A stretch of 64,000 nt of DNA from an uncultured Elusimicrobia bacterium (lineage in GTDB: Bacteria; Elusimicrobiota; Elusimicrobia; Elusimicrobiales; Elusimicrobiaceae): assembly GCA_947306425.1 (NCBI GenBank), contig CAMZGO010000008.1, positions 105 through 64,104 on the forward strand, given 5' to 3'. Made by a program: the position numbers and the translations under genes. A model generated the notes under the pieces. That model ran no database searches and had not been told where the DNA came from. It was given only the letters and a program-made list of their open reading frames with translations. This document shows positions 46,719 through 56,500 of this stretch, piece by piece. Each line of letters opens with the position of its first letter. Position 1 is the first letter of the stretch.

Positions 46719-47297
46719 ATGTCAGTACTTCTCATGTTCGCATGCATTGTACTTACTGTAATTCTAATAGCAGCAATATATATTGCAGTTGTTTACAACG
46801 GTCTAATTCTTAATAGAAACCGCGTTAAAGAAGCATACAGCGACATTCAAGTTCAAATGAAACGCCGCTATGATTTAATACCTAATTTGGTAGAAACCGT
46901 CAAAGGTTATGCCGCCCATGAAAGCCAAACGCTTGAAAAAGTTATTCAAGCAAGAAATATGGCTATGGCACAAAAAGGCGATTTAAAAGAACAGGCAAAA
47001 GCCGAAAATATTTTGAGCGGAACACTTAAAAGTTTATTTGCCGTTTCCGAAAATTACCCGGAACTTAAAGCAAACCAAAACTTCTTAAAACTTCAATTTG
47101 AACTTACCGATACCGAAGATAAAATTAAAGCCGCACGCCGCTTTTACAATACAAATGTTTTGGCTTTAAATAATAAAATTGAAATGTTCCCAAGCAATAT
47201 TATTGCCGGAATGTTTGCTTTTAAGAAACAAGAATTTTTTGAACTTGATGAGGACGAAGCTCAAGCAGCAAAAAAAGCCGTCCAAGTTAAATTCTAA
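46719..47297 (+). CDS. lemA: LemA family protein
   Basis: ATG 46719 follows a GGAGG RBS. An N-terminal TM, then YNGLILNRNRVKEAYSDIQVQMKRRYDLIPNLVETVKGYAAHE. Confidence 0.88.
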   Translation: MSVLLMFACIVLTVILIAAIYIAVVYNGLILNRNRVKEAYSDIQVQMKRRYDLIPNLVETVKGYAAHESQTLEKVIQARNMAMAQKGDLKEQAKAENILSGTLKSLFAVSENYPELKANQNFLKLQFELTDTEDKIKAARRFYNTNVLALNNKIEMFPSNIIAGMFAFKKQEFFELDEDEAQAAKKAVQVKF

Positions 47298-47303
47298 GAT
47301 ATT

Positions 47304-48251
47304 ATGGCTACAACCCCGCTTAATCTATATGACGAAATCGCAAGAAATAAAAGAAAGACTGTCTTTATTCTTTTGCTTTTCCCTTTAGTTTTAGCGGGGT
47401 TGGTTTATACTACAATTTTCCTTGTTTTTTACTTTGTCGGTTTAGATGCCGAACAAACAATACAGGCAATAAATTTCCAAGAAATAAATCTTATATCATC
47501 CATGGCAGCTGCCGTAACGATAGTGCTTGCAGTAATTTGGGCAGCTGTGTCCTGGTTTACGGGCGACCATATTATTTTAAACTCCGCTAATGCACATGAA
47601 ATTTCCCGTTCAACGCACCCCGAAATTTTTGTTTTAGTAGAAAATTTAACTATCGCAACAGGCCTGCCCTTACCGCGCATTTATATTATTGATGACGATT
47701 CCCTAAACGCTTTTGCAACCGGCAGGGACCCTGAGCACGCTTCCCTTGCCTTAACACGCGGCATTATTAACAAATTGAACCGGGCGGAACTTGAGGGCGT
47801 TATTGGCCATGAACTCGGGCATATTGCGAACCGCGATATACGCCTTACCATGCTTGTAGCAACTTATATCGGTGCAATCAGTTTAATGGGGCAAATTTTA
47901 TTACGTACAGGCAGAGGTAAACGAAATGGAAAAGGAAATTTCCTGCCGCTAATAGGCCTTGTTTTAATAATATACGGTGCTATTTTTGCACCTTTAATAA
48001 TGTATGCTCTTTCAAGAAGGCGAGAATTTCAGGCCGATGCAACTTCGGCATATATGACAAGGAACCCCGAAGGCCTTGCCTCTGCTTTAGAAAAAATTTC
48101 TACTGACAGCAGGGTTGAAGTTCTAGACGGCAAAGATGCCCTTGCGGCCGCCTGTATAGCCTTCCCCGGGAAAGAAGGGCTTTCCTTAAGTTCTTTATTT
48201 TCCACACATCCGCCGATAAAAGACCGCATTGAAAAACTCCGCGCGATGTAA
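47304..48251 (+). CDS. htpX: M48-family zinc metalloprotease (HtpX-like)
   Basis: HELGHI motif and four TMs. Paired with lemA. Confidence 0.87.
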   Translation: MATTPLNLYDEIARNKRKTVFILLLFPLVLAGLVYTTIFLVFYFVGLDAEQTIQAINFQEINLISSMAAAVTIVLAVIWAAVSWFTGDHIILNSANAHEISRSTHPEIFVLVENLTIATGLPLPRIYIIDDDSLNAFATGRDPEHASLALTRGIINKLNRAELEGVIGHELGHIANRDIRLTMLVATYIGAISLMGQILLRTGRGKRNGKGNFLPLIGLVLIIYGAIFAPLIMYALSRRREFQADATSAYMTRNPEGLASALEKISTDSRVEVLDGKDALAAACIAFPGKEGLSLSSLFSTHPPIKDRIEKLRAM

Positions 48252-48292
48252 AGAAACCGCAATACTGTTTCAATAATGGTTGTTTTATTCCA

Positions 48293-48778
48293 CTACACAA
48301 AAGTATTAGTAGCAAAAATGTGAGTACACCAGTTTATTTTTTGTTTTGTGCCGCCAAAATAATTATTTGATAAATAGTTTTTGAATAGCAAATCAGAAAG
48401 GTCAGTTTCTGTTTTGTGTAAAATATTTTTTACTTCACAAAGTAAACGAAAATATTTATCTCGTTCACAATTCTTTAGAATAATTTTTCCGTTTTTCAAA
48501 AAATTTTCCGTTATTGTTTTTGCCCGTTTTGCGGCAACTTTTTCACACTTATTTTTTGTTTTTAGTTCGGGAGTATCAATATTCTTTACGCGTACTGATA
48601 TTTTATCGCAAAATATTGGATATTGGCAAGGTAAAGATACAGTGAAAGTATCTCCGTCATATACCGAAATAATTTTGACATCATAAAAATCTTGCACAGG
48701 TTTTGCAAATAAAAGATTTGTTAAAAATAATAAGCAAAAAATTATTAAACCTTTATTTTTTACGATAAAAACGGCCAT
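48293..48778 (-). CDS. secreted staphylococcal-nuclease-like (SNase/thermonuclease) protein
   Basis: DGDTFTV...VRVKNIDTPE...ERDKYFRLL pattern. Start placed at M22 (signal peptide MAVFIVKNKGLIIFCLLFLTNLLFA). The start is uncertain because none of the candidate ATGs has a clear RBS. Confidence 0.7.
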   Translation of the reverse strand: MAVFIVKNKGLIIFCLLFLTNLLFAKPVQDFYDVKIISVYDGDTFTVSLPCQYPIFCDKISVRVKNIDTPELKTKNKCEKVAAKRAKTITENFLKNGKIILKNCERDKYFRLLCEVKNILHKTETDLSDLLFKNYLSNNYFGGTKQKINWCTHIFATNTFV

Positions 48779-48790
48779 AATTACTTTATG

Positions 48791-48911
48791 AACGCAAAAA
48801 CCCATAAAATAAAAATAGCCGTAGTCCTCTAACGAGGACATTTGGCATAAACCAAAGGGTTTATAAAGTCCTTTGATTTATACCTAACTAGCTATTCTTG
48901 GTTTTTGCGTT
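48791..48911 (-). ncRNA. structured leader / candidate cis-regulatory RNA upstream of the nuclease gene
   Basis: 12-bp closing helix 48791-48802 / 48900-48911 and a 6-bp helix 48814-48819 / 48891-48896. Two hairpins: 48824-48829/48834-48839 and 48847-48858/48870-48881. The single mismatch in the last hairpin is a G-U pair only on the minus strand. Confidence 0.3.
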
Positions 48912-49144
48912 GTCTTTATGAGTAAGACCCACAAAGACGGTTTCTTTTTTCAAAAGAATCCAAAAATAGAATAAAAAGTCGCAAAACGACTGTACATTGT
49001 AATTATACAAAAATTATCGGATGAAAGTTAAAATTTAGAAACATAATAATAACACATAAATTAAGTACCAATTGCAATAAAATTTCCCCGTTCCGCGTTT
49101 AATAATTGTAAAATATACTTAGTTGTTTTTGCCCGGAGGAGTAA

Positions 49145-50425
49145 ATGAAAAAGTCTTTAACTATTGTTTTGTCCTTACTTTTATCTGCTGCTTTATCGGC
49201 ACAAAATATAGATGGTACAAATTTACAAGAACAGAAATTAACTTTAGAGGATTGCATAAATTTAACACTGCAAAATAACCCGGAAATTGCTGCTTCTTAT
49301 TCCACACAGGAAGCGCAAAAGAGCCAATTAAAACAAAGTAAATCAAATTATTTTCCTCAAATAAACGGCAGCGCCGGTTATAACCGCTCAAACAGTAACT
49401 CCGCCCAAGGTAACAGCGGAACAAATAACAATTATTCCGCTTCAGTTAATGCTACACAACTTATTTATGATTTCGGGCAGACGAGTTCAACCGTAGGTAT
49501 ACAAGAAAAGTCTTATCAAAGTGCAGTGCAAAATACAACCGCTTTAATTAATGACAAAATTTATGCTTTAAAGGTCGCTTATTATGCGGTATTATCTGCG
49601 GAAGAATCAGAAAATGTTTACAAACAGTCCGTAGAACAATATACAGAACAATTAAAACGCGCAAAGGCATTTTATGAAGTGGGAACATATCCTAAAATTG
49701 ATGTAACTTCAGCGCAAGTAAATTTAAATGATTCAAAATTGAATTTATTAACCGCCCAAAATTTAGTAAAAACAAGACGGCAAGAACTTTTAAATGTGAT
49801 GGGTATATCAGACCCAAACCCCACTTTTAGTTTGGAAATGACAGATGTTTTACCCCCCTTTGAACTTACCTTAGAAGAGGCCTTAAAAGAAGCCAATAAA
49901 AACAGGCCCGATTTGCTTTCAAAACAACTGCAAGTTGAAAGTGCAAGACAAAATGTAACACTGGCTAAAACCGGCTTTGCACCAACCCTTACCGCAAACG
50001 GAACTTATGTTTGGAGCGGGGCAGAATTTCCCCTCTATGACCGTTGGTCAGCAGGTGCGAATTTAAATGTCCCTATTTTTAGCGGTCTTAGCACCTATAA
50101 TAAAGTTGAACAGGCAAAACAAAATCTTCAAACATCCTACAGCAATTTAACTGCTTTAGAGCAAAAAATTTTGCTTGAAGTTAAAACCGCTTATCTTGCT
50201 TTAAATAATGCAAAGGAACGTATACCCGTTGCCGAACTTACAAAAGAGCAGGCAAAAGAAAGTTATGATTTGGCCGTCGGCAGATATAAGGTCGGTGTAG
50301 GAAATTATATTGAAGTAAAAGATGCGGAAACCTCTTACAGTAAGGCAAAACTTTCCTATATTGAAGCGGTTTTTGATTACAATTTGGCAGTTGCAAAATT
50401 AAAAAATTCAATAGGAACAAGATAA
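49145..50425 (+). CDS. tolC: TolC-family outer membrane efflux protein
   Basis: Signal peptide and two OEP repeats. Confidence 0.87.
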   Translation: MKKSLTIVLSLLLSAALSAQNIDGTNLQEQKLTLEDCINLTLQNNPEIAASYSTQEAQKSQLKQSKSNYFPQINGSAGYNRSNSNSAQGNSGTNNNYSASVNATQLIYDFGQTSSTVGIQEKSYQSAVQNTTALINDKIYALKVAYYAVLSAEESENVYKQSVEQYTEQLKRAKAFYEVGTYPKIDVTSAQVNLNDSKLNLLTAQNLVKTRRQELLNVMGISDPNPTFSLEMTDVLPPFELTLEEALKEANKNRPDLLSKQLQVESARQNVTLAKTGFAPTLTANGTYVWSGAEFPLYDRWSAGANLNVPIFSGLSTYNKVEQAKQNLQTSYSNLTALEQKILLEVKTAYLALNNAKERIPVAELTKEQAKESYDLAVGRYKVGVGNYIEVKDAETSYSKAKLSYIEAVFDYNLAVAKLKNSIGTR

Positions 50426-50433
50426 GGAGAATT

Positions 50434-51588
50434 ATGAAATTAATTAAGAAAAAATATGCAATAATCGCAATCATTGTAACAGTATGTGCGGCTATATTTT
50501 TGCTAAAGGGATGCAAAAACGGCAAGGCCGCAAATTACCGTATTGAAAATCCGCGCCGGGCAAAAATAGTACAAACGGTTGAAGCGTCAGGTACCATTAA
50601 CCCCGTTACACAAACAAGTGTAGGAACACAAATTTCCGGCAGGGTAGAACAAATTTTCGTTGATTATAATTCTATTATCAAGAAAGGACAATTACTTGCA
50701 GTTATTGACCCTTCTACTTATCAATCAAATGTAATTCAGCAAGAAGCGAATTTACAAAAACTTGAAAGTATTTTCAAAAATGCCAAACGTAATTATGAAA
50801 GATACAAAAAATTATATTCCCAAGAACTTGTCGCAAAAAGCGAACTTGATAATGCGGAGATGGATTACCTTTCCGCCAATGCCCAAATGGTGCAAGGGCG
50901 CGCAAGTTTGGATAAAGCAAAAATTGATTTGAGTTATACAAATGTCGTTTCCCCGGTAGACGGAATAGTAATTTCAAAGGAAGTGGAATTGGGGCAAACT
51001 GTCGCAGCAAGTTACCAAACGCCTACTTTATTTTTAGTAGCCGAAGATTTAACAAAAATGCAGATTGAAGTTAATATTTCAGAGGCTGATATAAGCAAAA
51101 TTAAAGAGGGTCAAAAAGTTAATTTTAATATTGATGCGTACCCGACAACTACCTTTGAAGGCCAGGTAAGCCAAGTGAGAAATGCCGCCACCACTATTTC
51201 AAATGTTGTTACTTATACTGTTGTTGTTTCCGTTGATAATAGTGAATTACTGCTTAAACCCGGTATGACGGCAAATGTGGCAATAATTACCGCCGAAGTA
51301 AATGATGCCTTAAGTGTTCCGAATCAAGCCTTACGTTTTGTACCACCTGATAATGCAAAAATATCCGGCGATAAAGCAGGGCAGCGCAAGAACTTTAAAG
51401 GGCAGGGTTTATGGCGGCAACATAGGGACGGCTCTATTTATATAACAGAAGTAAAAACAGGAATAACAGACGGTAATAAAACTGAAATTATTTCCCAAGA
51501 AATAACTGAAAATACACCCATAATAGTTGCTAGCGAAAATACAAAAAGTAAAAACGGCAACCGCCGTATGGGGCCACCGGGATTTTAA
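50434..51588 (+). CDS. MacA/HlyD-type periplasmic adaptor
   Basis: N-terminal TM, biotinyl-lipoyl-like and coiled-coil hairpin pattern (VGTQISGRVEQIFVD...LLAVIDPS). Confidence 0.87.
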   Translation: MKLIKKKYAIIAIIVTVCAAIFLLKGCKNGKAANYRIENPRRAKIVQTVEASGTINPVTQTSVGTQISGRVEQIFVDYNSIIKKGQLLAVIDPSTYQSNVIQQEANLQKLESIFKNAKRNYERYKKLYSQELVAKSELDNAEMDYLSANAQMVQGRASLDKAKIDLSYTNVVSPVDGIVISKEVELGQTVAASYQTPTLFLVAEDLTKMQIEVNISEADISKIKEGQKVNFNIDAYPTTTFEGQVSQVRNAATTISNVVTYTVVVSVDNSELLLKPGMTANVAIITAEVNDALSVPNQALRFVPPDNAKISGDKAGQRKNFKGQGLWRQHRDGSIYITEVKTGITDGNKTEIISQEITENTPIIVASENTKSKNGNRRMGPPGF

Positions 51589-51602
51589 AAGCAGAGGGCA
51601 AA

Positions 51603-52307
51603 ATGTCTTTAATAAAAGTTGAACATATTTGGAAAATTTATAATCTTGGCGATATTCCGCTTGAAGTGCTTAAAGATGTAAGTTTAACTATTGATGCCGG
51701 TGAATTTGTGGCAATTATGGGGCCGTCAGGTTCAGGTAAAAGTACTTTTATGAATATGCTTGGCTGCCTTGATAAACCCACAAAAGGTACTTATATTTTA
51801 GACGGCATAAACATAACAAATTCTACTTTAAGCGAACTTGCAGATATTAGGTGCCGCAAAATCGGTTTCGTGTTTCAGGGGTTTAATTTAATTGCAAGAA
51901 CAAGCGCCATAGAAAATGTTGAACTGCCGATGATTTATGCGCATATTCCTTCTGAAGAACGCGTGCAAAAAGCAAAAAAAGCATTAAAAGAAGTGGGGCT
52001 TGAAAACCGCTTGGACCATACACCAAACCAACTTTCCGGCGGTCAACAGCAAAGAGTTGCAATCGCGCGCGCTATCGTAAATGATGCACCGATAATTTTT
52101 GCCGACGAGCCAACCGGCAACCTTGACACAAAAACCAGCATTGAAGTTATGGAAAGTTTTTATAAGTTAAATGAAGAAAAAAATAAAACAATTATTCTTG
52201 TTACTCATGAACCGGACATCGCCGCATACGCAAAAAGAATTGTACGTTTTAAAGACGGTGTTATCGTAAGTGATGAGCAAAATAAAAATAGGACAAAACC
52301 ACAATGA
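51603..52307 (+). CDS. MacB/LolD-type ABC transporter ATP-binding protein
   Basis: GPSGSGKST Walker A, LSGGQQQRVAIARA signature, IIFADEPTGNLD Walker B. Confidence 0.93.
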   Translation: MSLIKVEHIWKIYNLGDIPLEVLKDVSLTIDAGEFVAIMGPSGSGKSTFMNMLGCLDKPTKGTYILDGINITNSTLSELADIRCRKIGFVFQGFNLIARTSAIENVELPMIYAHIPSEERVQKAKKALKEVGLENRLDHTPNQLSGGQQQRVAIARAIVNDAPIIFADEPTGNLDTKTSIEVMESFYKLNEEKNKTIILVTHEPDIAAYAKRIVRFKDGVIVSDEQNKNRTKPQ

Positions 52308-53539
52308 TTGATTTTTTAACTATCTTAAAAATTGCCTTAAAGGCGCTTTGGGTAAACAAAATGCGTTCGGTTTTAACTAGTTTGGGCATAATTATCGGTG
52401 TAGCGGCGGTTATTGTTATGCTTGCAGTCGGCGAGGGAAGTAAAAAGCGTATTTCTGACCAAATGTCCAGCATGGGCAGTAACTTGCTTATGATACGTTC
52501 CGGTTCTGTTACTTCAAGCGGTGCACGGGCAGGGCAAGGCGCACAGCCGACGCTTACTTTAAAAGATTCTGAGGCTATTGCAAAAAATGCCCAACATATT
52601 GCACAAGTTGCGCCAAGTGTTAGTTCAACGGCACAAATTGTTTACGGCAATCAAAATTGGTCTACAAGAATTACGGGGACTACCCCCTCCCTCTTTTACA
52701 TTCGTTCTTGGGAAGTTGATAACGGTGCGCTTTTTACTGATGATGAGGTCCGCCAAGGGGCAAGTGTCGCAATTTTGGGTGAAACTGTGGTGGAAAATTT
52801 GTTCGGTGTCCTTGACCCAATCGGAAAAACCGTCCGCATAAATAATGTACCTTTTAAAGTGGCGGGTGTTTTAAAATCACTTGGGCAAAATGCCATGGGT
52901 ACGGATCAAGATGATACCGTAATTGTGCCTATAACAACAGCAATGAAACGTTTATCAGGTTCACAATTTCAAGGAACGGTAAATAATATTATGGTGCAGG
53001 CACTTTCCACCGATGATTTAGCCGCTGCGGAAGAAGAAATTACACTTCTGCTCCGCCAACGCCATAATATTACCGGTAAAAAACAAGATGATTTTATCAT
53101 TCGCAATTTAACACAAATGATGGAAAGCGCCATGGAAGCAAATGAAACTTTTAGTTTACTGCTTGCCGCGATTGCATCAATTTCTTTGCTTGTCGGCGGC
53201 ATTGGTATTATGAATATTATGCTTGTATCTGTAACGGAAAGAACGCGCGAAATCGGCATCCGTATGGCTATTGGCGCAAAGATGTGGGATATACGCCTTC
53301 AGTTTTTAGTGGAAGCGCTTGTTCTATCTTTAACAGGCGGCTTGCTTGGGATAATTTTAGGGCTTTCCGTTGCTTTGTTTATTAAGAATTTTACACCGGA
53401 CTTTTTACCAATCAGCATAACTATTACCCCGATGGTAATTTCTTTTGCATTTTCCGGTTTAGTGGGAATTTTCTTTGGGTTTTATCCGGCGTACAAAGCG
53501 TCTATGCTCAACCCAATTGACGCCTTAAGGTTTGAGTAA
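52304..53539 (+). CDS. MacB-type ABC transporter permease (MacB_PCD + FtsX)
   Basis: N-terminal TM, periplasmic domain and a C-terminal FtsX-type 3-TM bundle. 4-nt overlap with the ATPase gene. Confidence 0.9.
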   Translation: MIDFLTILKIALKALWVNKMRSVLTSLGIIIGVAAVIVMLAVGEGSKKRISDQMSSMGSNLLMIRSGSVTSSGARAGQGAQPTLTLKDSEAIAKNAQHIAQVAPSVSSTAQIVYGNQNWSTRITGTTPSLFYIRSWEVDNGALFTDDEVRQGASVAILGETVVENLFGVLDPIGKTVRINNVPFKVAGVLKSLGQNAMGTDQDDTVIVPITTAMKRLSGSQFQGTVNNIMVQALSTDDLAAAEEEITLLLRQRHNITGKKQDDFIIRNLTQMMESAMEANETFSLLLAAIASISLLVGGIGIMNIMLVSVTERTREIGIRMAIGAKMWDIRLQFLVEALVLSLTGGLLGIILGLSVALFIKNFTPDFLPISITITPMVISFAFSGLVGIFFGFYPAYKASMLNPIDALRFE

Positions 53540-53540
53540 A

Positions 53541-56500
53541 CTAAAATTTTTCTGAAAATAAATCAAGCCAATTTGCTTTATAATCTTCCGGGGTTGTTGC
53601 AAAAGCTTCTAAATCTAATGCTTTACCGATTTTAACTTGCGGAGCATTAATACCTGCCATTTCATAAAGCGCGTAAACAATAGCCAAATTAGCAGAAGCA
53701 CTACCTCGATAAAACGGCTTTGCATTTGTAAAAATGTAACTGATTTCGGATATATTATTATGCAATATATCTAAATCATCTTCGGTCAACTTTCCCCCTT
53801 GTTGTACATGCTCAATAATAGGTTTAATAAGATTATAATCTTCTTGTATAACCTTAAATGCGGCATCAATATTATTATGATAGACATCGCCATAATTATC
53901 TCTCTTAACTCCCGCCGGATGAGACATCTGATTTACCATGGAACCTAATTCTTCTAAATCAATACGAGTCAAAATAACTCCTTTAAAAGCGTGGGGCCTT
54001 CTATTTTTTGCAGTCCTTAAAAAATCATCCTGATATTCTGCATATGCATTTTCATGAAAACGTGTGTAAAACTCAATTGGCGTATTAGCTAAAATACCAA
54101 AGACAATATCATCAGATAAAGGTCCAAATTCTGATCCCATAAAATCACTAGGAGCAGATTTTTCATTCAGTGAATTGGCCATACCGTACTGCATCGGCCT
54201 CTCAATATATTCCCACATAATTTCATTAGATTCATTGTGTTTTTCCAAAAATAACTTTATTTGATTTATTTTTTTATGATAAAGAAAGATCTTTTTTCCC
54301 ATGTTTTTTACCGCTTCTTCTATACTTTTGCCTAACATTAAGTCCTGTTCAAAATTTTCTGTTATATCTTTCATAGTATAAACATATAAAGGATTAGTAC
54401 CCGGAAATTTAGATTTTTCTTCGCTCGGCAAAGTGGTTTCGTAACGGTCAGAATATTTGATAAGTTCATCGAATTCTTGAGGACTATCAATAGCCATTTG
54501 CCTAAGATTTTTATTGTAATACTTTTGCCAATCTTTATAAAAATCTACCCCCACAATTTCTTGCATTTTTTGGCTTTCTTCTAAGTTTAAGGGTTTACCG
54601 CTGAAAATTCCCGGAACAAATTGTTTGCGTGAATTAATAAATTTTTCCACTTCGCTTTCAAATTTCGGTACCGGCATTTTGATACTTCCCACAAGCGGTA
54701 CGGTTGCTAAAGCAAACGGCAAAGTTACAGGGTTTAACAAACTAAAAGCAAACAAACCGACACCGACGGCAGGCAAAACCCAACCCGGTAATTTAGATAA
54801 AAGTGAATTATTTTCTGCATCAGAATTGGTTTGATTTTTTACCGGTGTTTCAACAGTTATCATATTGTCAGTCGGTTGCAAAATAACTTCGCCGTTATTA
54901 TCCAAACTCGCGCGCCACCAACCGATTTTGCCGTCTAACTGCGCCCATACTAAAACATCCAAAATACTTTCTGCACCTATATTGCCTGTTATTACTTCTT
55001 GAGTATCTTGAAACCTACCGTCAGATTTAACTTTAACCACAACAGGGGCTATTCCGCCGAGTTCAAAGCGTTTGGCAAAACTTACGGCAAAATCTGCGTT
55101 CGGCGTCAAGTAATTTATACCTTCTTGTGTTTTGCCTACAGATAAACCATATTTCAAAACATCTTGTAGTTCGCCGTAAGAATGTAATACTATACCTCTG
55201 TATAAAGATAATTTATCTCTAAAACCTTCAGGCAACAAGTCCCTCATTTTCCCTCTAGTGGCTTTTATATTTTTTACGATATTATCTTTGTAATCCCATG
55301 TAAAAATATTTTTAGCTGAAAAAGTTACTGTTTTTAGATTTAAAGGCTTTTCATCAGGGGTAGATTTTTCTTTTGCACCGATATCTTCCAGGCCTAAACG
55401 AATTCTGTTTAGTTCATAAATATCATTATGATTCAAATCAAAATACTCAAAATCTATTATAGTTACAATAAGTTTTCCATTTTCATCACGTCTAAAAAAT
55501 ATATTATTCCATAAATCAGTATGATAAAAACCTTCTGCATTTAAATCTTTAACAAAATTTACAATTTGTTCCCATTCTTCATTTGTTATCTTAACACCTC
55601 TTAACGCAGCCATTGCTTCTGCACCTACTTTGGATATATTACCACGAATTATAACTTCCCAATTATCAACAATATTAACATACAATTTGTCTTGTAACGT
55701 AAAACCGGAAGTATTTACCGGTGACATTATCATATAACGTCTAAGCCAACTACATCTCTTTTTGACTTCATTTGCTATTTCATCCGATAAATCAGATAAA
55801 TTTGTTGACAACACTGTCGGACTTTCAACACCTATCAAAGGATATCTAGATGCAAATTTTTCTTTAAGAGTACTAAAGAGTTTTGTCCTGCTTATTTCGT
55901 CCGTTCCTGTTTCTATTCCTTTATCAGATATTCCTGTATAGTAGGCCTTTACCTCGTTATCAGAACCTATTAATTTCCCAACTGGAAATCTAACTTCCAC
56001 CACTTTCTTAATATCCGTTTTAAGGTTTAAGGGGTTTTCAGAATTTATTTTTTGCGTTAAGCTAGGTCTGTTAAAACTTGCCAAAAACGGTAAAGCTGCT
56101 AAAGCCATAGCGGGTTCTACTGCACCGTTAATGAGCGCCGTTAAACCCAAACCGATACCCAAAGCCGGCATTATTAAAGATTTAAAAGAAAATTTATTTA
56201 AAACAACAATATTTTTTGATTTGTAAATTTCATTTTTAGGTAACAGTAATTCTTTTATTTCTGTTCTAGTCTTATTTGCGATAGGATTATGAGGATCAGA
56301 ATAATCAAGCATTATTTGATAATTAGTTGCCATATCCCCATCAATAACATAAAAATGGAAATGATATCTCGGTGCATCATTAGATAAAGAATATTCATGC
56401 CGCGCAATACGAACTATTTTATTACTATCATTACTGTATAAGCGAAGAACATTCCATCGGTCAATAAATAAGGCATAAGCAGGGTTTTGGGGTGTCGCAT

